From positions 102,752-166,751 of the forward strand of contig NW_015168717.1 of assembly GCF_001447785.1 (NCBI RefSeq): a stretch of DNA of 64,000 nt, read 5' to 3'. Made by a program: the position numbers and the translations under genes. The notes below the pieces were generated by a model. That model was not told the origin of the DNA, did no database searches, and saw only the letters and a program-made list of their open reading frames with translations. The stretch is from Gekko japonicus. Lineage: Eukaryota. This document shows, piece by piece, positions 1 to 11,679 of this stretch (position 1 is the first letter of the stretch; each line of letters starts with the position of its first letter).

Positions 1-625
1 GGTGGTTCCTTCTGGTCATGGACTGTCAGCTACTTTTGCTTTTAAAAGTTTCTCCTTCTCCGTCCTCTTCCCCACCATCTTTATGAGTTGTTTACTTTTG
101 CAAAGATTAGCAAAGTCTCTGAATATGCGCTCAAACGGTCATGCACGCCTTGGTAAGTCTTTCCCAACAGGTTTCATCGCTTTTCCGCCCCCCCCCCCCC
201 CGGTCTTGCTTTTAAGTTTATGCGCATGGGAGGGGGCCGTCCCCCGCTCGCTTTACTTTCTAGTCCGTGGGTTAGGGAGCTTTCTTTTTGAATTGCAAAT
301 ATGCCTTAATCCGACTCACAGTTCATTCTCGGTCATACGACCTCGTTTAGCCTCCGTTTCAACTGCTCGACCTCCAGTGCTTGCCCCGGTCAGCGTCGCT
401 TCTTCCATTCGGACACTCAGCAGGAGGACCATCGGGATGGAGAAGCGCCTCGATTCCCCAGCATTGCGCTGGCGAAGAGGCGACCTCTCAAAAGTCCCCT
501 GGCTAGGTGCCTTTCAGCCAGGCTCCGTGGGAGGTAGCGATTCCTCGCCACCCCCATTCTGCTGGTGCACAGCTTTCACCACTCGGGAGGTCCGGGAGGT
601 GAGTCTGCTCGGCACGCCACCATAG
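1..625 (-). mobile_element. CpG-rich segment, possibly the 5' UTR of a LINE (L1/Tx1-like) continuing off the left edge
   Basis: Abrupt GC/CpG-rich block against AT-rich flank. Minus strand opens with ATGGTGGCG, resembling the YY1-like start of L1 5' ends. The + ORF has no recognisable protein. Confidence 0.3.
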
Positions 626-1800
626 ATCGGAGATTAGAAAGAAAAAAAATAGAAAAAAATATTTCTAACATATTTTTGCAGAACTGATAGAACTTGACTA
701 AAATGTGAATCTAATGCTTCACCCATGGAAAGTTATTACTAATTTCTAATTATAACTATTTGGTTTTTTTTCCTGTTCCTTACTCTTTAATATAATAATC
801 CACTGAAGGTATCACAGATCAGCCATTGTCTAAAGCCACTATATGCAGGTGGGGATAAGAACCTTATTCCATAGCACTCCTTGATGTTTTTACTGCAGTA
901 GTTCTAACGACTTAAGAAACAGGTCTTTTTTTGAGGAGGGAGTGGCTTGTCTCTTTGGTCTTGAAAGCTGCTGTGGTGAAAATCAGAAATGTACACCAAG
1001 AAAACAAAATCATTATACTTTTGTATCTGAGGTTCAGGGGGGATTCCCCCCCCATAACTGCTTATGTTTGTATAGTTCAAGATACAGATGTGTGATTTCT
1101 TGTTTATTTGTTGCTGGAACTTCAGAACCATTACTGTCAATGGGGAATCTTCAGGAGGATCTGGGGCAGCTATTTATAAAGATAATGGCACCAGATTTGC
1201 TCAGTCCTCCCGCTAATCTAATGTTCCCCAAATTTAAAGCAGACTAAGGGGTTCATTTACAGCCCCCCAGAGCAGCTTGCCTCTTGGTACAGGCTCAGTT
1301 CTCTCCATTTATTCTTATTGGGGGAGAATGACACTGGACACAAGCATTAAAAAAATCTGCATTTATCTCATTTTCCTATTCTTACAGTGACTGACTGACA
1401 TTTTTTTAAACCTTTCTGCTGAAAACTCTGACATATGTTATTGTTTTGGTCTGTTTGTTTCACAAAGTGAGGAAGGAGATTGACAGCTTTCCATTATTTT
1501 CTATTGTATATTGGGGGGCTGGAATGTCTGCTTTTCAACCAAATGACACCAAAATCACAGGGGAGTGAGGGCTACATGTCTCCTCAAGACCACCCAAGTT
1601 TCAAGCTGATTGAACCAAGGATTCAAGTTCTATGGGACCATAAGCAAGGTGCCCTCAGGCATTGTATTTTCAGAGAGGGAAAGTGTCCACCCCCCCCCCC
1701 CGAAAGGATACCAAACAAAGGAGTTAAAAAAAAAAGGGAAAGTTGTCCCCCCCCCCCCCCCAAAAAAAAAGAATAGCAACAAAAGGAGTTCATTGGAAAA

Positions 1801-2419
1801 GGTGATAAGGTAAAACAAAATACAACTGTGAAGTGTTTAACTAAACTATTACTTGTTTTTCTTTAAAGGCATATACATGAAAAACTCAAAAGGTTGCCTA
1901 TTTCTCATAAGAACTTTGTCTAAGAATTTAAACAAGAATTATCTTCCAAACTTTAACAAAGCATGAATTGCCAATATCCTTGGCTATAAAGTCCATTTTA
2001 AAGGTTTGCTTGTTGAGTTGTGTGTCAATCAGGCTAGAACGCGTTTCAGGGCACGTCTCTTCTTCCTGCTAGCCTTGTGAAAATTTTAAATTGGATTGTT
2101 TTCCAGAAGTTTTCTCTGACTAAATGCTCACAGTTCGGAGTTGGGATGGCTTCCAATTTCTCTGAGAAGAGGAATGCCTCTCAGCGCCCTAGCTTGAGTG
2201 ACACACGACTCAACAAGCAAATCTTTAAAATGGACTTTATAGCCAAGGATATTGGCAATTCATGCTTTTTCAAAGTTTGGAAGATAATTCTTGTTTAAAT
2301 TCTTAGACAAAGTTCTTATGAGAAATAGGCAACCTTTTGAGTTTTTCATGCATATGGCTTTAAAGAAAAAATGTTTTTATTAAACACTTCACGGTTGTAT
2401 TTTGTTTTATCTTATCACC
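1801..2419. mobile_element. Long inverted repeat (~260-bp arms), probably back-to-back Penelope-like termini
   Basis: 1801-~2065 is the reverse complement of ~2162-2419 (ggtgataag...cttatcacc) at high identity. Hammerhead-like motifs lie at the inner ends of both arms. Confidence 0.75.
2031..2075 (-). ncRNA. Degenerate minimal type I hammerhead ribozyme motif
   Basis: Minus strand AGGCTAG-CAGGAAGA-AGAGACGTGCCCT-GAAACGCGTT-CTAGCCT: perfect 7-bp stem I, stem II, GAAA and palindromic helix III. The CUGANGA box is mutated. Confidence 0.55.
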
Positions 2420-3930
2420 CCCAGAAAGTAGGCCGGAGGCTGGATGGCTGTTTTACTATTATTGCCTATGGAAGGTTTTCAAGGGGGGGAGTGTCTGTTT
2501 TTCAACCAAATGTCACCAAAATTTCAGTGGAGGGATGGCTACCTGTCTTCTCAAGACCAACACAGTTGCAAGTGAATTGGACTAAGGGATCTAATTCTAT
2601 GGGCCCTTGAACAAGGTGCCCCCAGCCATCCTACTTTCAGAGGGTAAATCAGTTCTGTCCCCACAAATGAGGGCGTGATGGAAAGAGGCGGCTCTGTGCA
2701 GCTTGTCTCTAAAGGTGATTGGCTGGGAGCACTCTGTTCTCCTCCATTGCAAGGATCTGACTGGAAGGGAATAATGCCGTTCAGGAAATCAGTGGAATCA
2801 GATATTGAGATGAGTGCATGCTGCATTGCTTGTAAGAACCAGTCCTTGGAAGAAACAATGATTTGTTTTGGGGAAGGGGTTATTGTTATACCAGCAACCC
2901 CAGATTTGCACTACTATTCTGGGAAATCTCTGTACTGACCTGAACCAGAGATTTCCATGTATATCTTTGGTCCAAGAATTTTGTCATGCACGCCCTAGTG
3001 AAAATGTCAACGCACTTTCCATCTATGTGATTTTTGCCTGCTAATGAGTATACATTTTTAAAATGATAGCTATGATCTTGAATTTAAAAAAATGAATTTT
3101 TACTGATATCAACCTTTCGTGAAATACAAATGTGGACAACAGCAGAACCCTTAACTGTGCCATATAAGCTCTTCCAAAGCATTTTATTTTTTACAAGTTT
3201 ATTTCCTTTCATTCTACCCATTAGTTTCCAGTATAGCTGAATACAAGTTTTTTTAAAAAAATCTGTGAATGTATTGTGGAAAACAAACTTAATCAGATGA
3301 ACCCAAAGGCAGGACAAACCATTATAAGCTACAGATAAAAATAATTAAGCACTTGAATACATTTTAGATCCTGCCAAGAACTTGAGAAGACAGGACAGAT
3401 TTAACCTAGCACCTAAAGGGTAGTATAGACTTGCTGAATATTTTAGGAAGAGTATACCATTTGCTGTGGCATCACAGAAAATGCTTTGTCATTGTCATTG
3501 GCTGCCACCCACCTATTCTCTGAAGGTAGTACACCTGGAGCAAAGCCACAGATGATAAATTAACAAAAAATAATGCTTCTTCATACAGGACAAATTATTC
3601 TTCAGATAACTTGGTTCCCTGCCACTTATGGGTTTGTGATTTAAAAGAGACAATACACTTTAAATAGCTTCCAGAAACAAATCAAATGCAGAAATAAACC
3701 AAATACAATAAATCTTACATGTATTTGAGTCCAGCTTTCCTCTGTGTTCATCTTTCAATGAGTGAAATAGGTGGAAGTGAGTTCCACAAGCCCTGTTAAA
3801 TGGCCACTCACCTCATGTTCTCCTTGTGTTGCTGACATCATAGATATTTAGTGCAAACTTTGGTGGGTTTTGATAAGGTTCCACCAAGATCGGGATCTGA
3901 ATCTTTAATTGTATTCAAGTAAACATTTGT

Positions 3931-4280
3931 GGAGCTGCGGTGGCTCAAGTGGTTAAGACGCTGAACTGCAGGCTGTGGAAGGTCAATAGTTCAGCAGTTC
4001 GAGACCCGGGTGCCGCATGACGGAGGGAGCTCCCATCTCTAGTTCCAGCTCCTGCCAACCTAGCAGTTCGAAAGCAAGTAATTGCAAGTAGATAAATAGG
4101 TACCACTTCGGTGGGAAGGTAACAGTGTTCCATGCACCTTGGTATTTAGTCATGCCGGCCACATGACCACGGAAACATCTTCGGACAGCGCTGGCTCTTC
4201 GGCTTTGAAACGGAGATGAGCACCACAACCCTAGAGTCGGATTCGACTGGCTTTTGAGTAAGGGAACCTTTACCTTTTTT
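3931..4280 (+). mobile_element. Sauria SINE, full length
   Basis: tRNA-like head (tggctcaagtggttaa...gttcgagacc), core cctgccaacctagcagttcgaaagc, ACCTTT tail, TSD aaacatttgt at 3921-3930 and 4281-4290. Confidence 0.93.
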
Positions 4281-4697
4281 AAACATTTGTTTGCTTTTGA
4301 TGGAACTCTTAACATCAGAAGATCTGGGACCTTGTTCTGAGCTGTGCAGCCCACTTAATATCTTGGCGCACAATATGACTTCCTCGAGTCATAACTGCTG
4401 CCAGGACATTCTTCGCACCTTTCACACCAGGTACTGCAGTTCCCCCAAATAGACAAGATTTGAAAGCAATGTCTGTCAAAAGATGACACTGCCAAACTCT
4501 AGAAGACATGGCAATAAACCTGAAAACAGATGGGTAGAACAGAAAAAGTAAGAGGTGTGTCTTGTACCACTCAGCCCAAGAAAATATGGTTTTGGAAAAT
4601 GAAAGCATTATGCAACTTCCAAACAGTACTCTCAAAGAAGTTGTTCTGGTAATATTGACAGGTATTGGCCAAGACAACACTTACTAAGAATACTGTG

Positions 4698-5217
4698 GCC
4701 TCGGTCACATGGAAGGTTTTGCCCCGCAAGAGGAATGGATCGGGGGCGCATCAAACGGGCACGATCACACCGCAACATCTGGGAAGTGGAGCGCACTCGT
4801 CCCTGATCCGTCCTTTCCGGGCGAAACCACGCATAAAAAAAAAAACCTAGAAAAGAATACTACCTACCTGAAGCTCCGCAGCAAGGGCGGCCGTGGGATC
4901 GCCGGTGCACCCGTCTTCCGCATCATTTGAGGCTCCTGGCCAAACTGTGCATGTGCACACATGCGCAGCTGGCTGCCTCGCTCTCTGTTCTGTGGCTTCC
5001 CCCCCGGCATCTGATTGTGCCGGGGAGCAACTGCGCGGCAGCTCAAGGGATCTGTCTGATCTCGCCACTGCACGTCTATTTTGCTGCGGCTCAGAAAAGC
5101 CGTGCTTTGGTCGTGTTCCCCCCCCCCCCCCCCGTGGCGCGGGCGGCATTTTTTTTTTATGGCTCAGAAAAGCTGCACTTTGGTCGTGCTTCCCCCCCCC
5201 CCCATGTGACCGGGGCC
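4698..5217. mobile_element. Non-autonomous DNA transposon (PIF/Harbinger-like MITE)
   Basis: TIRs ggcctcggtcacatgg / ccatgtgaccggggcc, CpG-rich, colinear with the copy at 10925-11368. Confidence 0.75.
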
Positions 5218-6072
5218 TAATTTTATTATTGAAAGGATTAACAGAGAATGTCAGTTGTTCAGGAGGCAATGTTTTTGAACTTTTTCAGGATTCACACTAG
5301 GCACTTTCTGATCATTTAACAACTCAAGTCTTCCTTGTATTTAGAGCAGGAGGAATGCACCCTGCTGCAGAGAGGTACTTTGGCAGTAGAGGATAGCATG
5401 GCACAAGTGAGGCAAAGAACAGACAAAGCCTTTTTCTTTATTTTTGTTTCCCCCTTTTAGTTTTGAAGCGTCCTCATCAACAATATGTATTATTTTTTAT
5501 ATGAGATCCCAATAAGCAAGATCCTCTGGAATTCCGAATAAGCAAGTTCTAAAAGGGATATGCTTGGAAAAGGCCTGCCATCTCGGAAGAAAAGAGCCAA
5601 TGCAGGGTGGTAGTTAGACCAGGATCTGGAGAACCTGAGTCCACATTCCACCATGAAGTATTCTGGGTAAACCTGGGCCATGTAGCACAGAGTCAGTAGT
5701 GGAGGCCAAAGGAGACCTCACTTACTGAACTCAAGGCAGCAGCTGCTCCAGGATGGGACAGGGCAGGGCACCTCATGGAAAGGCAGTAATAGCCTGATGG
5801 GCCCAGCAGGAGTGGGGGTGCACCACCTGCAGTACAGTCTCCCTACCACCAGGCAGCAGCTGAGCATCGTGGTCGGCGTAGGAGGTCTGCCCACCCAGGG
5901 CATTAGCTGGGGACATGGGGGACAGCAATGGCCTCTAGCTAGCCCTATCCAAACCCAGTTCGGATGGAGCAAGGCAAGGAAGGGGTTAAAAGAGGGACAA
6001 GGGTCAGAGAAGGGAGGGGTGGTGCTGGGCTTGGTCACTGTAGCAAGGTGGAAGCAGTGGAGACCACACAGG

Positions 6073-6550
6073 TGTTCTGATAAGAAGAAACAGTTTATTT
6101 ATTAAAGCGCGCTTGGTACACAGCCAAAAGAGACCACGGGGCTCTCTTTCTCAATAGGGCATGTGCACCCTGAATGGACATTGACAGCCGTTTATATACT
6201 CCTCTTAACAGCATAGACAAAGAGAAAAAAACTTAGGAAAAACCCTTTGGGGCTACAAGTTCAATTACAGGTTAAAACATACGAGCAAGTTTTTCACGTG
6301 TACTTGACCTATTTGTGAACTTCTCTGTTTCAGAGGAATTGTTTGCGGTTTAGCTTAGCTCTTCCTTTGTCTAGGGTGGTGCTGCTTTTCTACTTCTGAG
6401 CATGCGTGATACCATAGCAAAAAGCTGTCTTGTTCTTGTGGTTTGTTCACCTACTTGCGAAAAGCATTTCGTGCTCTTTAATATTCAACTACAGAAGCTA
6501 AGTTAAAATGCAATACAAACTTATATAGAGTAGGCCTCAGAGCCATAACA
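6073..6550 (-). mobile_element. Probable second solo LTR
   Basis: Ends TGTTCTG...CATAACA (6/7 inverted match). Minus strand has TATATAAA followed by AATAAA. No clear TSD. Confidence 0.5.
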
Positions 6551-6717
6551 GAGTGGACAACACAGTGGGACCCAGGGATCGTACTTTAGTCACCATGGCC
6601 CCAGCAGGTCCATAGCCAGAAAAAAATTATTGGAGGGGGGCAAATGAGTACAGTGGTGGTCAGCTCATCATATTTATTCATGATTTCATATTTATTATGA
6701 ATGAGCTATGATGTAGT

Positions 6718-6953
6718 CTCCTGCCAACCTAGCAGTTCGAAAGCAAGAAATTGCAGGTAGATAAATAAGTACCACTTCAGTGGGAAGGTAACAGCGTTCC
6801 ATGCGCCTTGGTGTTTAGTCAAGCCGGCCACATGACCACGGAAATGTCTTTGGACAGCGCTGGCTCTTCGGCTTTGAAACGGAGATGAGCACCGCAACCC
6901 TAGAGTCGGATTCGACTGGCTTTCGAGCAAGGGAACCTTTACCTTTACCTTTT
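6718..6953 (+). mobile_element. Sauria SINE, 5'-truncated
   Basis: Core plus (ACCTTT)n tail, TSD tatgatgtagt. Confidence 0.92.
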
Positions 6954-7076
6954 TATGATGTAGTGCAGTCTCTACTGAACTCATTCCCTCCTCCCCCAAG
7001 CTCCAAACCCTGCTCTGGTTTGGCTCCACATAACTTGCTGTAAAGGATAGCTATAGGCACTCAGGCTGGAATTCAG

Positions 7077-7278
7077 TAGAGTTGCCAACCTCCAGCCTGG
7101 AGATATCAAAGAATTACAAGTCATCACCAGACTGGAGAGATCACTTCCCTTTGATCAAATGGCTACTTCAGAGGACAGAGTCTATGGTATTATACCTGAT
7201 TAATATCCCCCCACACCTTCCCCAGGATCCGTCTCCAAAATCTCCAGGAATATATATAATATGGAGTTGGCAACCCCA
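7077..7278. mobile_element. hAT-type MITE of the (T)AGGGTTGCCA family; further copies at ~29638-29845, 30245-30590, 50720-50976, 51120-51240, 63020-63102
   Basis: Ends gagttgccaac...gttggcaaccc, with internal sequence shared among the copies. Confidence 0.75.
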
Positions 7279-7684
7279 GTGAGTATGTGCACACACACTT
7301 TTCCTTCACAGATACAGCCTGCCTGGCATATAGGGGAAGAGTGGCTAATTTGATCACACAGTTGGGAAGAGAAGCTGGGGAGGCTCCCTGCTACAAATAC
7401 AGAAATTGACACACACACCCTGCTGAGTCCAGTTAAAAGAGAAGGCAAAATTGTTGCCAGGACCAATTTATTACCACCATTTTACAGATATTTTAAAATG
7501 CTGTGATGCTCCAGTCCACTGTGGGCTTGTGGTGCAGAATGCTGTCACCCCATCCTAAGTGTTTTAAAGGGCCAAAACAACTGCACAGGCACCAGCACAA
7601 ATGCTATAAAATGTTCATGAGATCATTTGTGAGAGGTAGAATACATAGACTGCTGCTGCTACCCACCCCTTCTGATGCCAGCCA

Positions 7685-7755
7685 CCTGGCGTGATCTGGT
7701 CCATGGGGTCGCGAAGAGTCGGACTCGGACTGTGCGACTGAACAACAACAACAAA
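7685..7755 (+). mobile_element. RTE-BovB LINE 3' end
   Basis: gtccatggggtcgcgaagagtcggac...gcgactgaac followed by a (CAA)n tail. Confidence 0.85.
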
Positions 7756-10700
7756 TGGGCTAAAACAGAGCCTTCCCCCCAAAGCTTCTACCTTAATGTG
7801 CTAAAGTGCTGCACATCAGAGGAATCCATGACTGGCATGAGTTAGAAAGCTAAGGTGGGGAAAAGTCTGTGTCACCTGTTTTACAGAACAGCCGAATCAA
7901 CTACTTTTGTGCAGGAAGCAAAGTGCAAAGGGAAAGCCTGGGAAGAAGGCGGGATGAGGGAAAGTGACTCTGTCCCTCATTGGCAAAGCCTGGGAGAGAG
8001 GTGGGAGGGGGGAAGGAGACACTCTCACTCATTGGCAAAGCCTGGGAGGGAGGAGGGAGGGAGAATCTCTCAAGTATTGGCAAAGGCTGGGAGGGAGGGA
8101 GGGCAAGGGAAGGGAAGGAAACTCCCTCTTTCATTGGCAGAAGATTTTTGACAGATTTCACAAACCCAAGTGCTGATTGGGGGGGCTGACAAATGATTGG
8201 GGGGCCACACCCCTTTTTGCACTACCGTGGCTATGGGCCTGAGCCCCAGGGATAAGGGGGGTGGATGTCAGAAGAAGCTGGGCAAGTGCGGAAGGCAAGC
8301 CGGCTGAGCAAGGATGAAACTGTGTAAAGGAGGAAGGAAGATAAACCTAAAGTAAGAGCTGGGAACTGGGGCAAAATAAGGCTCCTAAACGAAGACAGCC
8401 CTACTAGAACTGCCAAGGCAGAGGAACAGCTCAGGCCCCTGAGATTTTGAAGGGGCAGAAGTGGGCAAGTAAAGGGAACTGCACTTGTGAGAAAGCCTGT
8501 GTGGACTTTGCTAAACCTGATAAAGAAGCAATGAAGGGAAACCATTGTGTCTGGTGAGTCACTGTCTATAGAAGTCAGTTATGATGTTTATCTGCCCCCC
8601 CCCACCAACAGCCTGTCACATACTATGAGCCTAACCTACCTTACAGGATAGTTGTTGTGAGGACAAACTGGGGAATGGAGAGCAATGTATGCCACTCTAA
8701 GCTGCTTGGAAGAAGGAATGCGTAAAATCTGATAGATCGAACCTGCTGGAGGAAACTGTTCAGTGTTTAATGCTGGAGCTTTGCAGTCCTTAAAGTAGTT
8801 CACAAGATCTTGACTGGGGATACTCCTAAATGGCACAGCTCTTTCAGTCAAGGCTGTTGAGCTTCTCCAGACATATTCTTTTAAGGATTCCCTGAGGACT
8901 CTGAGGCTCCACACTGGTGAGCTGCTTCCTATCATGCGTGTTCCAAAAACATGATTTCTTATATTGGTTGCATACTCTAAGTTCTGCCTTGTTGAAATGC
9001 GGTTTTTCATGTGAAAAATGCAAAACTCCTGAATTAGCGGAGCCCAAACGGCATGGGCTCGAGGCAGCTGGCCTTCCACAGACATGATACTGAGAGGTGA
9101 TTCCAGCTGTGGCAACTTACATACAGAACAGAACTAGAGGGTGTCCCTGGATAAATCCTCCATTGATGCTCATGCAAGCACAGCCTTTCTCAGGCTCTTT
9201 CCCCCTTCCCTTTAGTTCACCAGCAATTGCCCAACTTATTAGCGATACTAGCATTTTGGCCATGTTGCAGGAAACTAGTTTTAGCACTGTTTGCTTTTAA
9301 TGTACGGCCTGATCGTCCCAGCCATGGAGATGCAGGAGTACGACACTGCATGTGTTTCCCTTAAAGCGCAATCAGTGTGGATTTCCCTAAGAGCCCTCTG
9401 TGCACTAGCATTCCTGAGTATTAAACCACTACAAAGGGAAAACAAGGCAATCTGAGATCATGATATGCTTGGGGAGGACTGGAACTTGTTTATACACCAG
9501 TGCATTATCCTTCAATATCGTCTTTGAAGTTTATTCTACCATTGTTTTCTTTGCAGTGCTCTTCCACTAAAGATTGTTGTCTGAAAACACCAGAAGAGCA
9601 CACAATGGCACAGAGTCCATATTAAGAGCCTAGAAATGAAGCCCAGCACGCAAACAGCCAGGTATCTGTGAGCATCTTCTGCCAGGTACCCGTAATCTGA
9701 TTTTCTAGAACAGTAGTACACTCCTTGTTATTCACAGCTGTAATCATGTTGAAGCTGTCAAGTGTTGTCTCCACATCTTCAATTTACTTCTCAAACTAAA
9801 TCCCTCACTCCTTTTGTGTGTCGAAGCTGCCGTGGCCTGGAACTCATCTAGTCTTTGAGTAACATCTTCCAGATTTGTTTTAAACTGATTAGACACTGCT
9901 GAAGAATCAAATTCTCTCCCCCGGATAGTACAAAGCCATGTGTTGACAGACCTGGCTCTTCGCCATCAGCTGCAAAATGACTCCACACTGCATCTTTTGA
10001 CAGGCCCTCGTTTTGCACTGGGCTTCCTGAATGCTCAGGCACCCTGAAAAATTGAAATAAAATAAACCATGGTGTGACGGGAGGGACAGGGCAATTATAG
10101 AGAGGAAGGCAGAAGAAAGTTTGACCAGAGAGATTCTTTAATTAAAGAACTCTTCTTTAAAAAAAAGGGGGAGACACTAGTCTATCCTGTAGGACGCTTG
10201 CATTCTCAAATAGAAATGATCCAGTGTGTGTGCTTTTTAATGTAGATACTATTACTGAACAACAACAAAATAGTAACTAAGTCATTGCAATAGAATCAAA
10301 TTGTTTCCAGTCAAGATTTGTTGCCACAGGGGGGGGGAACTGTCCAGATTTTGAAGAGGGAGATTTGGCCATTGCAAATGCCACCACTGCAGTAATGAGT
10401 GGCATTCAAGATCTATTTCTCTGTGCATTCTAGATCACCCCTTGGTTTGGATTGCAGTTTACTTGTGAATTGCAAGCAGGATCCTAGATACCTGGATTTT
10501 TATTTTTTTTGTTTTTTAACATTTGAAATGGGATCAAAATTTTCTGTGCACATATTTCTCAGATTGTGGTCCCTATCCATCATCATATTATGCATTTTTA
10601 TTTTTTTTTGAAAAAAAGAAAAGGCATTTCACTCCGTCTTCATTGGGGAGGGGGAGGAAGCTGTATGGCTTGTGTCTCTTTTCTAGCTTTGCTGATTTTG

Positions 10701-10924
10701 CCTGGCTGATTCCTTGTTTTTAGCATGCAGATTATGGATACTTTATGCATGTATGTTGGCCAACTTAATTTCATTAAGACCCAAAGGGCAAATATTCTTT
10801 CCCTCCCAAAACACCTGTCAGGAAAAATCTCAACTTCCAAATCTCAACCACCTTGGTAGTCTTGATCATTCTGGGATCAAAGGGATAGGGAGAAATGTAT
10901 GATTTGTCATGCCAAGTGTTCTAT

Positions 10925-11368
10925 GGGCCCGGTCACACGGAGGTTTTGGCCTGGAAGAGGGACGGATCGGGGGCGCAGAAAACGGGTGCGATCAAACCGC
11001 AACATCTGGGAAGTGGCTCACACCCATCCCCGATCTGTCCCTTCAGCCGGAAAACCCGCTGCAAAAAAGAACCTGCAAAAGAGCAGGACTTACCAGAAAC
11101 GGCGCAGCAAGTGCGGCCGTGAGATCACCGGCGTGCCCGTCTTCCGGAGCAATCGAGGCTCCCGGCCGAACTGCACATGCGCACACATGCGCAGTTCGGC
11201 TGCCTTGTTCTCCCTTCAGTGGGTTCCCCCCGGCATCTGATCTTGCCGGGGAGGAACTGCACGGAGGCTCAGGGGATCTATCTGATCCCACCGTCGCGTG
11301 TCTCTTTTGGTGCGGCTCTAAAAAGCCGCACTTTGGCCATTCTTTTTTGCCCCGTGTGGCAGGGGCCC
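10925..11368. mobile_element. PIF/Harbinger-like MITE, same family as 4698-5217
   Basis: TIRs gggcccggtcacacgg / ccgtgtggcaggggccc and colinear internal homology. Confidence 0.75.
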
Positions 11369-11679
11369 ATCTTTGCCCATTTTGCCTCCCTGTTTGACTT
11401 CCAATCATGCCCTCTCATACTACAACCTGGTTGCTGTAGTTTGATCCGATTATCTCTGAGCATGAGTCAGTATGATTAATGCAACCCACTGATAGATGCT
11501 CCTGATTGCACAGGTACAAAAGCAATCCTGTCATGGAGTCGATTTTGAAAGGGTCCATGACCTATTCATGATGACATAATCCAAGCAAGCCAGTCAGTGG
11601 TGCACATGTGACATAAACCCAACCAACCACTAGTGGGCAGATGAAAAACTACTAAATACACTGCTCATTTTGAATTGCA

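Larger units (their letters stand above)
920..2700. repeat. Old element with diverged internal direct repeats (probable hAT relic) hosting the 1801-2419 palindrome
   Basis: Homologous units at ~1140-1270, ~1490-1690 and ~2450-2660 (ttttcaaccaaatg.caccaaaat...ttctatggg...caaggtgccc in the last two). Confidence 0.45.
6605..8241. mobile_element. Non-autonomous hAT element with nested inserts
   Basis: TIRs caggtccatagcca / tggctatgggcctg (13/14), 8-bp TSD ggccccag / agccccag, internal cattggcaaagcctgggag repeats at ~7978-8140. Confidence 0.8.
5681..8610. mobile_element. Probable solo LTR (pieces 5681-6072, 6551-6604, 8242-8610) carrying further insertions
   Basis: Insert begins TG, ends CA, has an imperfect 4-bp TSD gcca/gcct and exactly interrupts a SINE. 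Confidence 0.55.
5603..8730 (+). mobile_element. tRNA-derived squamate SINE split into 5603-5680 and 8611-8730 by a nested insertion
   Basis: 5' half ends ctgggtaaacctgggcca; 3' half resumes gcctgtcaca...agcctaacctacc, matching the order in intact copies at 29940 and 47592. Confidence 0.65.

Noticed and set aside
3983-4354. Recurring peptide VPLLESQSNPTLGLRCSSPFQSRRASAV, suggesting a gene family
   Set aside because: Antisense translation of Sauria SINE copies.
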